Shown here one piece after another: positions 19,255 through 27,508 of a DNA stretch of 62,564 nt. Within the stretch, counting starts at the first letter, position 1, and each line of letters begins with the position of its first letter. Origin of the DNA: Candidatus Dormiibacterota bacterium (GTDB lineage: Bacteria > Chloroflexota > Dormibacteria > Aeolococcales > Aeolococcaceae); the NCBI GenBank assembly GCA_036828955.1, contig DAISRJ010000006.1, positions 1 to 62,564 on the forward strand, written 5' to 3'. The position numbers and the translations under genes were made by a program. The notes under the pieces were generated by a model. That model ran no database searches. It was given only the letters and a program-made list of their open reading frames with translations, and had not been told where the DNA came from.

Positions 19255-22015
19255 TCGCCGTCTCGCGGAGCGGTGTCATCGCCTGCCAGTTGACACCGAC
19301 CTTGACGTCGACGACCAGCGGCACCACCAGCTCCGCGGCGCCGCCCATGGCGTCGCGGACGAGCGCGACCGCGCTGTCGACCTCGTCGTCCGGGCACTCG
19401 AGGAGCAGTTCGTCGTGCACCTGGAGAAGCAGGCGCGAGCGCACCCCCGCCTCGCGCAGGGCGGCGTCGCAGCGGATCATGGCCAGCTTCATGATGTCGG
19501 CGGCCGCCCCCTGGATGGGCATGTTGACCGCCATCCGCTCGGCGGCGCCGCGCAGCTGGCGGTTGGCGGCGCGGATGTCGGAGAGGTGGCGGCGGCGGCC
19601 CATGAAGGTCTCAACCCATCCCCACTCGCGGGCGTGCATGCGGGTGCGTTCGAGGTACTGCGTGATCGCCGGGAAGCTCGCGAAGTACTTCTCGATGAAG
19701 ACGCGGGCCGACTCCTGCTCCATGCCCGTGTCACGCGCCAAACCAAAGTCGGACAGGCCATACACCACCCCGAAGTTGACAACCTTGGCGATGCGCCGCT
19801 GGTCGGGCGTGACCGCGTCGGGGGCTACGTCGTACACCTCGGCCGCGGTGCGGCGATGGATGTCCTCGCCGCGCTCGAAGGCGGCGATCAGGTCGGGCTC
19901 CCCGCTGACGTGGGCGAGCACGCGCAGCTCGATCTGCGAGTAGTCGGCGCTCACCAGGCGCTGGCCGTCGTCCGCGACGAACGCGTGGCGGATGCGCTGA
20001 CCCCAGGCGGTGCGCACCGGCACGTTCTGCAGGTTGGGGTCGGCGGAGCTGAGCCGGCCTGTGGCCGCGACCGCCTGGTTGAACGAGGTGTGCACACGGC
20101 CGTCTGCCGCGCACAGCAGGGGGAGCGCGTCGACGTAGGTGCTCTTCAACTTGGTGAGCTGGCGCCACTCCAGGACGACGTCCACCACCGCGTGTTCGCC
20201 ACGCAGTGACTCGAGGCTGTCGGCGTCGGTGCTGCGCCCGGTCTTGGTGCGCCTCCCCGAGGCGAGGCCGAGGTTGTCGTAGAGGAAGGCGGCGAGTTGC
20301 TGGGTGGAGCCGGGGTTGAAGGTGTATCCGGCGGTCTCGGCGACGATGCCCTCCAGCTCGCCGATGCGCTGGTGCAGCTCCGCGGAGAGGCGGCCAAGCT
20401 CGTCGCAGTCGACACGGATGCCGACCCGTTCCATCGCCGCCAGGATGGGCACAAGTGGCATCTCCAGCGTGTCGAACAGCGCCCGCAGTGTTCCCTCGGC
20501 GAGCTGCTTCTCCAGGGCCGCGCGCACCGGTGGCACCATGGCGACCCAGTTGCCGTAGTACGCGGCCGCCTCCTCCACGGGTACGTCGGCGACGCTGCGC
20601 CGGCTGCGCCCGCTGCCGAGCAGTGTGTCCTCTGGTTGCTCGGTCGTGCCGCAGAGGTCGTGGGCGAGAACGGTCAGCGAGGGCACGCGCGTGCGGGTGG
20701 TGATGCACAGGTAGGCGGCCAGCATGCAGTCGAAGCCGAGGCGCGCCACGGTCGCGCCACGCGCGTTCCAGGCGAGCAGCTCCTGCTTGAGGTCGTACCC
20801 GTGCACGGTGACGGATGTGTCGGCGAGCAGGGCGGTGAGCACGTCGAGGGCGCTGCCGGGCGCGTTCTCCCCGGCGTGCGCCACGGGGATGTAGTAGGCC
20901 GGGTCCGGGGAGGCCATCGAGCACAGCGCCACGCCCGCCACCTCGCCGCGGCGCGCGCTGCCGTCGATGACGCTGCGCAGCGCGATGTCACCACTCTCAC
21001 GCAGCCGCGATGCCATGTCGTCGGCCATGGACGCGTCCTCGATGACCACCACCTCCACGCCTCCGGCGCCAGGGGCTGTGTCGAGATCGAACAGCCCCTG
21101 GCCACCGGGTGGAGCCGCCGCCGCTGTGGCCGCCGCCGGCTCGGTGTCGTAGGTGGGGATGCGGCTCAGCAGGGAACGGAACTCGAGGCGGTCGAACACG
21201 GCGTGGATGGCCGCATCGTCGTGCGGCCCGAGGCGCGAGGCCTCGAGGTCGAGCGAGATGTCCATGTCGAGCTGGATGGTGGCCAGCTGCTTGCTGAGGC
21301 GCGCCTCGTCCGCGTGCTCGGTGAGCAGGCGCCGGACCTTGCCCTCCTTCATGGTGGGAACGGCTTCCAGGATCGCCTCGAGCGTTCCGTACTGCTGCAC
21401 CAGGCTCATCGCCGTCTTGTCGCCGATGCCGGGGACACCGGGGATGTTGTCGGAGACGTCACCGCGCAACGATTTGAAGTCGACAACAAGCGGCGGTGCG
21501 AAGCCGTAGCGCTCGAAGACGCGGTCGATGTCGTAGACGATCGTGTCCGAGATGCCACGGCGGTTGGCAAAGACGCGCACGTGCTCGGTGACCAGTTGCA
21601 GGGCGTCGAGGTCGCCGGTGACGATGATCACGTCGAGGCCTGCCTTCTCTCCCTGCACGCTGAGCGTGCCGATGACGTCGTCGGCCTCGAAGGTGGGCAC
21701 CTCGATGATGGGGATGCTCAGCGCCTGGACCACCTCACGGCACCAGGGGAACTGAGGGATGAGGTCGTCGGGCGTGGGCCGGCGGCCCGCCTTATACGTG
21801 GAGTCCTGCTCGTGTCGGAAGGTGCGCCCGGGGGGATCGAAGGCCGCCACGGCGTGCGTGGGCCGATGGTCGCCGAGGGCCTTCAGCAGCATCGAGGTGA
21901 AGCCGTACGCCGCGTTGGTGACCTCGCCGCGGCTGTTGGTCAGCGCGGGCATCGCGAAGAAGGCGCGGTAGACCAGCGAGTGGCCGTCGATGAGCAGGAG
22001 GGTGTCGCGTTCCAC
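19238..22015 (-). CDS. polA: DNA polymerase I
   Basis: 5'-3' exonuclease motifs (IDGHSLVYRAF, EADDVIG) and Pol A motifs DYSQIELRVLAH, R..AK.VNFG..YG, QVHDEL. Confidence 0.98.
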   Translation of the reverse strand: MERDTLLLIDGHSLVYRAFFAMPALTNSRGEVTNAAYGFTSMLLKALGDHRPTHAVAAFDPPGRTFRHEQDSTYKAGRRPTPDDLIPQFPWCREVVQALSIPIIEVPTFEADDVIGTLSVQGEKAGLDVIIVTGDLDALQLVTEHVRVFANRRGISDTIVYDIDRVFERYGFAPPLVVDFKSLRGDVSDNIPGVPGIGDKTAMSLVQQYGTLEAILEAVPTMKEGKVRRLLTEHADEARLSKQLATIQLDMDISLDLEASRLGPHDDAAIHAVFDRLEFRSLLSRIPTYDTEPAAATAAAAPPGGQGLFDLDTAPGAGGVEVVVIEDASMADDMASRLRESGDIALRSVIDGSARRGEVAGVALCSMASPDPAYYIPVAHAGENAPGSALDVLTALLADTSVTVHGYDLKQELLAWNARGATVARLGFDCMLAAYLCITTRTRVPSLTVLAHDLCGTTEQPEDTLLGSGRSRRSVADVPVEEAAAYYGNWVAMVPPVRAALEKQLAEGTLRALFDTLEMPLVPILAAMERVGIRVDCDELGRLSAELHQRIGELEGIVAETAGYTFNPGSTQQLAAFLYDNLGLASGRRTKTGRSTDADSLESLRGEHAVVDVVLEWRQLTKLKSTYVDALPLLCAADGRVHTSFNQAVAATGRLSSADPNLQNVPVRTAWGQRIRHAFVADDGQRLVSADYSQIELRVLAHVSGEPDLIAAFERGEDIHRRTAAEVYDVAPDAVTPDQRRIAKVVNFGVVYGLSDFGLARDTGMEQESARVFIEKYFASFPAITQYLERTRMHAREWGWVETFMGRRRHLSDIRAANRQLRGAAERMAVNMPIQGAAADIMKLAMIRCDAALREAGVRSRLLLQVHDELLLECPDDEVDSAVALVRDAMGGAAELVVPLVVDVKVGVNWQAMTPLRETASAGAS

Positions 22016-22036
22016 GTCAGGCTATGGTACGCAGCC
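22016..22036. promoter_or_regulatory. Overlapping divergent -10 elements (bidirectional promoter) for polA and the PTPS gene
   Basis: TATGGT (plus, 22023..22028) and TACCAT (minus, 22029..22024) each lie 8 nt from a start codon in a 21-bp gap. Confidence 0.55.
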
Positions 22037-22498
22037 ATGGAGGCCGGCCTCGAGCTCGTCCGTGGCGACATCGGCTTCAGCGCGGCCCATTTCTCCATCC
22101 ACGACGGCCGCAGCGAACGCCTCCACGGGCACAACTATCTGGTGCGACTGTGGGTGCGCGGAGCCGTCGGCGCCGAGGGCACCGTGATGGATTTCGCGGC
22201 TCTGAAGACTGTTCTCCGCGCCCTCTGCGCCGATCTCGACGAACGCATGCTGGTGCCCACGCTGTCGCCGCACATCGCGGTGGAGGAGACGCTGGAGACG
22301 GTCACGCTCCGCGAGGGCTCGCGCCACTTCGTCCTGCCCCGGGGCGATGTCGTCCTCCTGCCCATCGTCAGCACCACCTGCGAGTGCCTGGCGGCCCATC
22401 TCCTCGGTGAGGTCCGCCAGCGCCTCGGGCCCGGCGAGTTCCGGCTCACCCTCCTGGTGGAGGAAACCCCCGGGCAGGGCGCCAGCGTCTCCGAGTGA
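22037..22498 (+). CDS. 6-pyruvoyl-tetrahydropterin synthase family protein, PTPS-III-type motif
   Basis: FSAAHF...SERLHGHNY: E-x2-HGH with no Cys in the QueD C-x3-HGH position. Confidence 0.85.
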   Translation: MEAGLELVRGDIGFSAAHFSIHDGRSERLHGHNYLVRLWVRGAVGAEGTVMDFAALKTVLRALCADLDERMLVPTLSPHIAVEETLETVTLREGSRHFVLPRGDVVLLPIVSTTCECLAAHLLGEVRQRLGPGEFRLTLLVEETPGQGASVSE

Positions 22499-22546
22499 CC
22501 ACCCCTGGGCCGGGGGCGGCTCGGGGACCGGCGCTATCATCGGCGC

Positions 22547-23083
22547 ATGGCCGACCTCATCGAGATGACCGTTGACAGCATCCGGGTGCACATGCCCACG
22601 GGCCAACACGTGGTGATCCTCAAGGAGAAGAGCGCCGAGCGGTACCTCCCCATCTGGATCGGCATCAACGAGGCCAACGCGATCGCGCTGAAGATCACCG
22701 GGATGACGCCGGAACGACCGATCACCCATGACCTCCTCGCCAACATCCTCGGTGCGATCGATGTCGACGTCGACCGCATCGTGGTGACGTCATTGGCCAA
22801 CGAGGTGTTCTACGCGCGCATCCTCGCCCACCTCGACGGGCGCCGCCTGGAGATCGACTCGCGCCCCTCCGACGCCATCGCCGTCGCGGTACGGGTGGGG
22901 GCGGGCATCTTCGTGGCCACCGACGTGCTCGACCGGGCCGGGGTTCTGCCCGAGCTCGACCACGACGGCGCGCTGGGCGAGACGGACGAGGAGACCACCG
23001 AGCGGCTCTCCAAGATCCGCGACTGGGTCAACGAGCTCAACCTCCCCGACCTCGGCGGCGAGAGCCCTCTCTCCCAGAGCTGA
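22547..23083 (+). CDS. Bifunctional nuclease / DUF151 family protein
   Basis: RYLPIWIGINEANAI, RPITHDLL and IDSRPSDAIAVA motifs. Confidence 0.92.
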   Translation: MADLIEMTVDSIRVHMPTGQHVVILKEKSAERYLPIWIGINEANAIALKITGMTPERPITHDLLANILGAIDVDVDRIVVTSLANEVFYARILAHLDGRRLEIDSRPSDAIAVAVRVGAGIFVATDVLDRAGVLPELDHDGALGETDEETTERLSKIRDWVNELNLPDLGGESPLSQS

Positions 23084-23156
23084 GCGTCGCGGCTCCCGGG
23101 CGGAGGACGGCGGCAACGCCGCATTGTTCGGCTGCCCCGCACGGCGCCCCGTTTGA

Positions 23157-25370
23157 TCAGGTCGGCAACGGCGTGGCCACCGGGGCTGGGATGGCGGTGG
23201 GTACCGGCGTTGGCGTGGCTGTCGGGGTCGGCGTCGCCCTCGCTGTCGGGGTCGGCGTCGCCCGCGCGGACGGCGTCGGGCTGGCAGCGCTGCTCGGGCT
23301 GGCGGTCGGTGAAGCCCTCGGACTCGCCGACGGTGAGGGTGACGCTGCAGCCGTCGCGATCGGGGTCGGTCCCACGCCGAAGTTGGGTGCGAGGACACCG
23401 ATCCGGAGCAGGTCCTGCTGCCCGCTGGAGAATGGGGCTCGATCGCTCGGTGACGCGGCCACCAGCGCCGCCACTGCCGCCGCCGCGACCATCGCCGTCA
23501 GGGTCACCGGGGCGACGAGCGCTGTCTTCCGCCAGGTGGGGCGATCGCCCGTGTTCTGTGGCGAGCGGGCGTAGGCCGCCCGCTCCGGGGTGAGGATGAT
23601 GCCCTCGGCAGCCATGCTGGCCCACGGCGCGTTGGAGTAGACGAAGCCTTCGAAGAACAGCAGCAACCCCAGCACCACGGTGGCCAGCGCCGGGGAGCGC
23701 AGCAGCATGACCGCGCCGCCGATGGCCGCCGCGCAGGTGAGCACGGTCTCGGATCGGGAGGCTCGCAACGCGGAGAGGAGGGAGCCGCCCTCCTTGCTCT
23801 TGGGGGTGCGCAGGAACTCCGCGCGCCTCTGGACCAGGCCCCGCATGCAGGCCAGGGTCACCACCCACGACAGCGCGAACCAGACGCGCAGCGCGTAGAA
23901 GGCGTCGGTGCGTGTGCAGCGGCATGCTCGTCGCATCGCCCACATCGCGCGCACCACCCCGGTGGCGGCGAATGCCAGGGGAATGGCCAGCACCGCACCC
24001 GTCAGCTGACGCACCGGCAGCCGTTGGTGCACCGCTGTCGCCAGAGCGGTGGCGAGGAGCAGGACGGTGAAGATGGCGGTGAGCACCTCGGCGAACCACT
24101 GCACACTGCCGAGCAGGTAGTGGACACGCTGCGCGACGGTCAGACGGAGGCGGTGCCGCGCCATGGGGACGAGCTCGCGCCAGTGGATCTTGAGGATCTG
24201 GATGCCGCCAAGCGCCCAGCGGAATCGCTGCTTCTTGAGGCCGTCGAAATCCAGGGGCATCAGTCCCTCGCCGAACGCGGTGGGGTCGTAGACGCCGCGG
24301 TAGCCGGCGCCGAGCATGCGCAGGGACGCCTCAGCGTCCTCGGTGATGCAGTCCTGGTTCCAGCCGCCGATCTCATTGAACGTGGAGCGGCGGATCAGCC
24401 CCATGGTGCCGCAGAAGATGATCGCGTTGCGGTGGTTGCGCGCCGGCATGCTGAGGTCGAAGAAGTAGCGGAAGCTGTAGAAGAGGCCGCGCAGATATTT
24501 GTTGTCCTCCCAGTTCCTGTAGTGCTGTGAGGTCTGCACAAAGGCCACCGAGGGGTCGTCGAAGTGGCCGATCGTCTCCTGCAGCCACGGAGGGCGGACG
24601 CGGTAGTCGGCGTCGACGATGCCGAGGATCTCCACCTGCTCGGGCAGGTACTTGGTGGACTCGTTGAGCGCCCCTGCCTTGAAGCCGGGCCAGTCCTCCA
24701 GATGCACGAAGGAGAACCGCTCGCCCAGCTCCTTGCAGAGCTCTTCGAGAGGTTTCCACACCGCCGGGTCGCTGGTGTTGTTGTCGACCACCTGGACAAG
24801 CAGGTTGGGGTAGTCGACCTTGGCCAGCGAGAGGAGCGTCGGGCGCACCACGTCCACAGGCTCGTTGTAGGAGGGCACCTGGAGCGCCACCCACGGCACG
24901 CGTGTGAGTGGGGGGACGACGCGCGCGATCTCGCGGCGCGAGAGCACGTCGCAGATCTCGAAGGTGAACGAGATGGAGAGGAGCAGCGCGAGCACCTCCA
25001 GCACCAGCAGGATCACCGAGGCGATCACCGCGACCACGGAGAGGCCGGCGAGGAAGGTCTGGAACGCCGCATACACAAGGTAGGCGATCGACGCCACCGT
25101 CACCGCCACGAACAGTTGCGCGCCCATGAAGCTCCAGCGCGGTTGCAGCGCGCGCATGAGCAGCACCAGCGCCACGGTGCCGATGACCAGCACGCTCATC
25201 GCCGGTCCGTCCCTCTCGATGCCGAGGAACGCCGCAGCAGTCACGGCCACGGCGAGAGCGCAGACAGGCACACCGATCCAGAACGGTGCCCTGATCGTGG
25301 CCGGGAGCAGGGCCAGGATCATGGTGCTGACCAGCAGCAGCGCGAAGAAGATGACGATCTCGAGAATCAC
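23157..25370 (-). CDS. Processive membrane GT2 beta-glucan synthase (cellulose synthase/NdvB-like) with C-terminal Pro/Thr tail
   Basis: PSYNE, VDNN, GFKAGAL, DAD, TED and QRFRW (QxxRW) motifs; multiple TM helices; no PilZ-like segment recognised. Confidence 0.9.
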   Translation of the reverse strand: MILEIVIFFALLLVSTMILALLPATIRAPFWIGVPVCALAVAVTAAAFLGIERDGPAMSVLVIGTVALVLLMRALQPRWSFMGAQLFVAVTVASIAYLVYAAFQTFLAGLSVVAVIASVILLVLEVLALLLSISFTFEICDVLSRREIARVVPPLTRVPWVALQVPSYNEPVDVVRPTLLSLAKVDYPNLLVQVVDNNTSDPAVWKPLEELCKELGERFSFVHLEDWPGFKAGALNESTKYLPEQVEILGIVDADYRVRPPWLQETIGHFDDPSVAFVQTSQHYRNWEDNKYLRGLFYSFRYFFDLSMPARNHRNAIIFCGTMGLIRRSTFNEIGGWNQDCITEDAEASLRMLGAGYRGVYDPTAFGEGLMPLDFDGLKKQRFRWALGGIQILKIHWRELVPMARHRLRLTVAQRVHYLLGSVQWFAEVLTAIFTVLLLATALATAVHQRLPVRQLTGAVLAIPLAFAATGVVRAMWAMRRACRCTRTDAFYALRVWFALSWVVTLACMRGLVQRRAEFLRTPKSKEGGSLLSALRASRSETVLTCAAAIGGAVMLLRSPALATVVLGLLLFFEGFVYSNAPWASMAAEGIILTPERAAYARSPQNTGDRPTWRKTALVAPVTLTAMVAAAAVAALVAASPSDRAPFSSGQQDLLRIGVLAPNFGVGPTPIATAAASPSPSASPRASPTASPSSAASPTPSARATPTPTARATPTPTATPTPVPTAIPAPVATPLPT
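23221..23263. repeat. 19-nt direct repeat with 24-nt period, within the Pro/Thr-rich coding tail
   Basis: gtcggggtcggcgtcgccc at 23221 and 23245, encoding ARATPTPT x2. Confidence 0.8.
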
Positions 25371-25373
25371 CGG

Positions 25374-26603
25374 TCAGCCTCCATCGAGGTTGGGGAGCGC
25401 ACCCGCCACCAGGGCGAGCCCGAACCACACCCAGTTCTGCTCGAAGTAATTGGACGCGTCGCCGAAGAACGCGGGGGGACCGGGATGAAAGCTGGACAGA
25501 AGGTGCTGCTCGATCTGTGTCGCCGCGGTGGGGTCGGCAACGACGAAGGCGCCGATGTCACCGCCGTAGACAGTGGGGTCGTCGTAGCCGCTGACCACGG
25601 TGCCATCGTGCCCGTACACCGGGTCGAGACGCTGTGCGGTGTTCCAGCGGGTGCGCAGGAAGTCGTTGCGGGTCAGGTAGTCGCGAGCGCGCTGCTCGTT
25701 GTTCCAGACGGCGTCGAGCGCAACCCGCCACATCACTCGGAACGCGTCGTAGCCGTAGTCGTCTGCGCCGGCGATCTGGGGGAAGGACACGATGCTGCCG
25801 TTGCCACGCGCGATCGCGCACCAGTTGGGTGGCAGGCCGGCACCGTGCTTTCCGTCGAGCGTGGCTGCGGAGCAGCGGTCGAGAAGGGTGTACGAACTGT
25901 CGACGAGGCCGGCCCACGGGTGGGTGGCGTCCTCACGCGCGAAGATCCTGTAGGCGTACGGCGCGAAGTACGACGGGTTGATCACCGGCCCCGGAACCTG
26001 TTGCACGGCCGCCCAGTTGCCCGCCGTGAGCACGTTCATCCCATCGATGGACACGACATCGTGCTGCCACATGCCGGACAGCACGGTCAGCGCCGCTGTG
26101 TGGTACGCCCCGTCCCCGAAGCGGCGTGCGCCGAAGAGCAGCGCCAGGGCGATGTCGGAGTCGGCGTCGCTGGCGCTGTTGTTGTCCTGCACCTTTCCGC
26201 CGTTCCAGAGGGAGGCGAAGAGGCCATCGCCGCGGACCTGGAGGTGGGCCGCGGTCCAGCCCCACACCGTGTCGAATGTCGGCTGATCGCCCATCCACGC
26301 GGCGCGCAGGAGCGCGTAGCTCTGTCCTTCGGAGGTGGTGACGCCGCCGCGCTTGGGATCGGCGACCCGACCGTCCGAGGCGATGAAGACAGACCTGTAG
26401 CCGGCCCACGCCTGCGCGAGGATCGAGAGATCGCGCGCCGGGGGCGTCGCGCTCGCCGGATGGGCGCCTGCGGACCGAGTCGCGCTCACGCCCGGCGCGC
26501 CGGCACAGCCGGCGAGCAACAGCGCAGCGAGCGAGGCGGCCGCGACCAAGGAGAGCGATCCAAGCGGGGCAGCGCTCCGAGCCGGGGTGCGGTCATACGG
26601 CAA
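25374..26603 (-). CDS. Glycoside hydrolase family 8 (BcsZ-like endoglucanase) lipoprotein
   Basis: Lipobox LLLAGC; TTSEGQSYAL, SASDADSDIALALL, NPSYFAP and YDAFRV motifs. TTG start. Confidence 0.9.
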   Translation of the reverse strand: MPYDRTPARSAAPLGSLSLVAAASLAALLLAGCAGAPGVSATRSAGAHPASATPPARDLSILAQAWAGYRSVFIASDGRVADPKRGGVTTSEGQSYALLRAAWMGDQPTFDTVWGWTAAHLQVRGDGLFASLWNGGKVQDNNSASDADSDIALALLFGARRFGDGAYHTAALTVLSGMWQHDVVSIDGMNVLTAGNWAAVQQVPGPVINPSYFAPYAYRIFAREDATHPWAGLVDSSYTLLDRCSAATLDGKHGAGLPPNWCAIARGNGSIVSFPQIAGADDYGYDAFRVMWRVALDAVWNNEQRARDYLTRNDFLRTRWNTAQRLDPVYGHDGTVVSGYDDPTVYGGDIGAFVVADPTAATQIEQHLLSSFHPGPPAFFGDASNYFEQNWVWFGLALVAGALPNLDGG

Positions 26604-26733
26604 TCAAAGAACCTCGCCCCTCCCCTGAGCCCGCCGTTGGAAGGCAAGCTGATAGTAGGGTGCACATATTATCTGGTCCGGGCCAAGGGCCGCCGCCTCG
26701 CCCGCTGACATGGCACAGTTGGCGACTGTCATC

Positions 26734-26816
26734 GCCGGGGTGGCGGAACGGTAGACGCAGCGGTCTCAAAAACCGCCGGAGGCAACTCCGTGAGGGTTCG
26801 ACTCCCTCTCCCGGCA
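26734..26816 (+). tRNA. tRNA-Leu(CAA)
   Basis: Full cloverleaf: GCCGGGG/TCCCGGC acceptor, anticodon loop CTCAAAA, long variable arm CGGAG-GCAA-CTCCG, GTTCGACTC T-loop, discriminator A. CCA is not encoded. Confidence 0.97.
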
Positions 26817-26934
26817 CGTTGATGCAGATAAGCGATCTCGCCTCAGTAGCCGCTCGCCAGAGTTCGCGAGGTCCGGTGTGACTGCCAGGTGACAGCCCCA
26901 GGTGTGGCCCGCCGGCCACCAGCCCAGATCAGTC

Positions 26935-27420
26935 CTATCGCGGCGGGGGCTGTGGGAGCGCCTGGCCCTGCTTGAACCATGGGCCGGGCACCACCTCGCC
27001 AGCCGAGGTGAGCACAGCAATGGTGCGTCCTCGGCCGTCGTCGTAGTAGCGCCTGCCGTCGGCGGCCCGGTACGGAGTCCATCCACATGGCGGGTTGTGC
27101 AGCGTGGCCATCAGGCGCACCGCCTCAGCGGCAGAGTGCTCGGGATCGGGCAGGGCTGCGTCCAGCTCAATTGCGGCCAGGAAGAGCGCCTCCCAGGCAT
27201 CTCCCGCGAGGCGCTCCACCTGCTCGTCATCCTCGAGCGTCGTCTGGCGCCGGCGCTGGACCTCCTCACGTCTCTCCAGAGCCTCGTCGACGGCTCGGCT
27301 GGCCTCCAGGTAGGCGGTGCACGCGGCGACAGGCGTGTCACCGAAGGGTTGCGTGCACCGACCATCGCGGCGCTCCTTCACGGTCTGGCGAGCCGTGAGC
27401 AACATGCCACCAGCACTCAT
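26935..27420 (-). CDS. Hypothetical protein
   Basis: 161-aa ORF with protein-like composition, convergent on tRNA-Leu; no family recognised. Confidence 0.55.
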   Translation of the reverse strand: MSAGGMLLTARQTVKERRDGRCTQPFGDTPVAACTAYLEASRAVDEALERREEVQRRRQTTLEDDEQVERLAGDAWEALFLAAIELDAALPDPEHSAAEAVRLMATLHNPPCGWTPYRAADGRRYYDDGRGRTIAVLTSAGEVVPGPWFKQGQALPQPPPR

Positions 27421-27508
27421 CAGTTCACTCTATGCGACCGCGATGGGCATTTCCCACCGACCGCGGAAGCGATCGAGGGCACCCCGGGGGTCGACCCTGG
27501 CCACCACG

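Noticed and set aside
20297-22036. Long plus-strand ORF (733 aa) antisense to polA, and similar 700-900 aa ORFs opposite dnaE (55529..58084), the kinase (49538..52252) and GT2/GH8 (24564..26708)
   Set aside because: These are shadow ORFs typical of high-GC coding sequence. Only the 3' end of the first (22037..22498) has real motifs.
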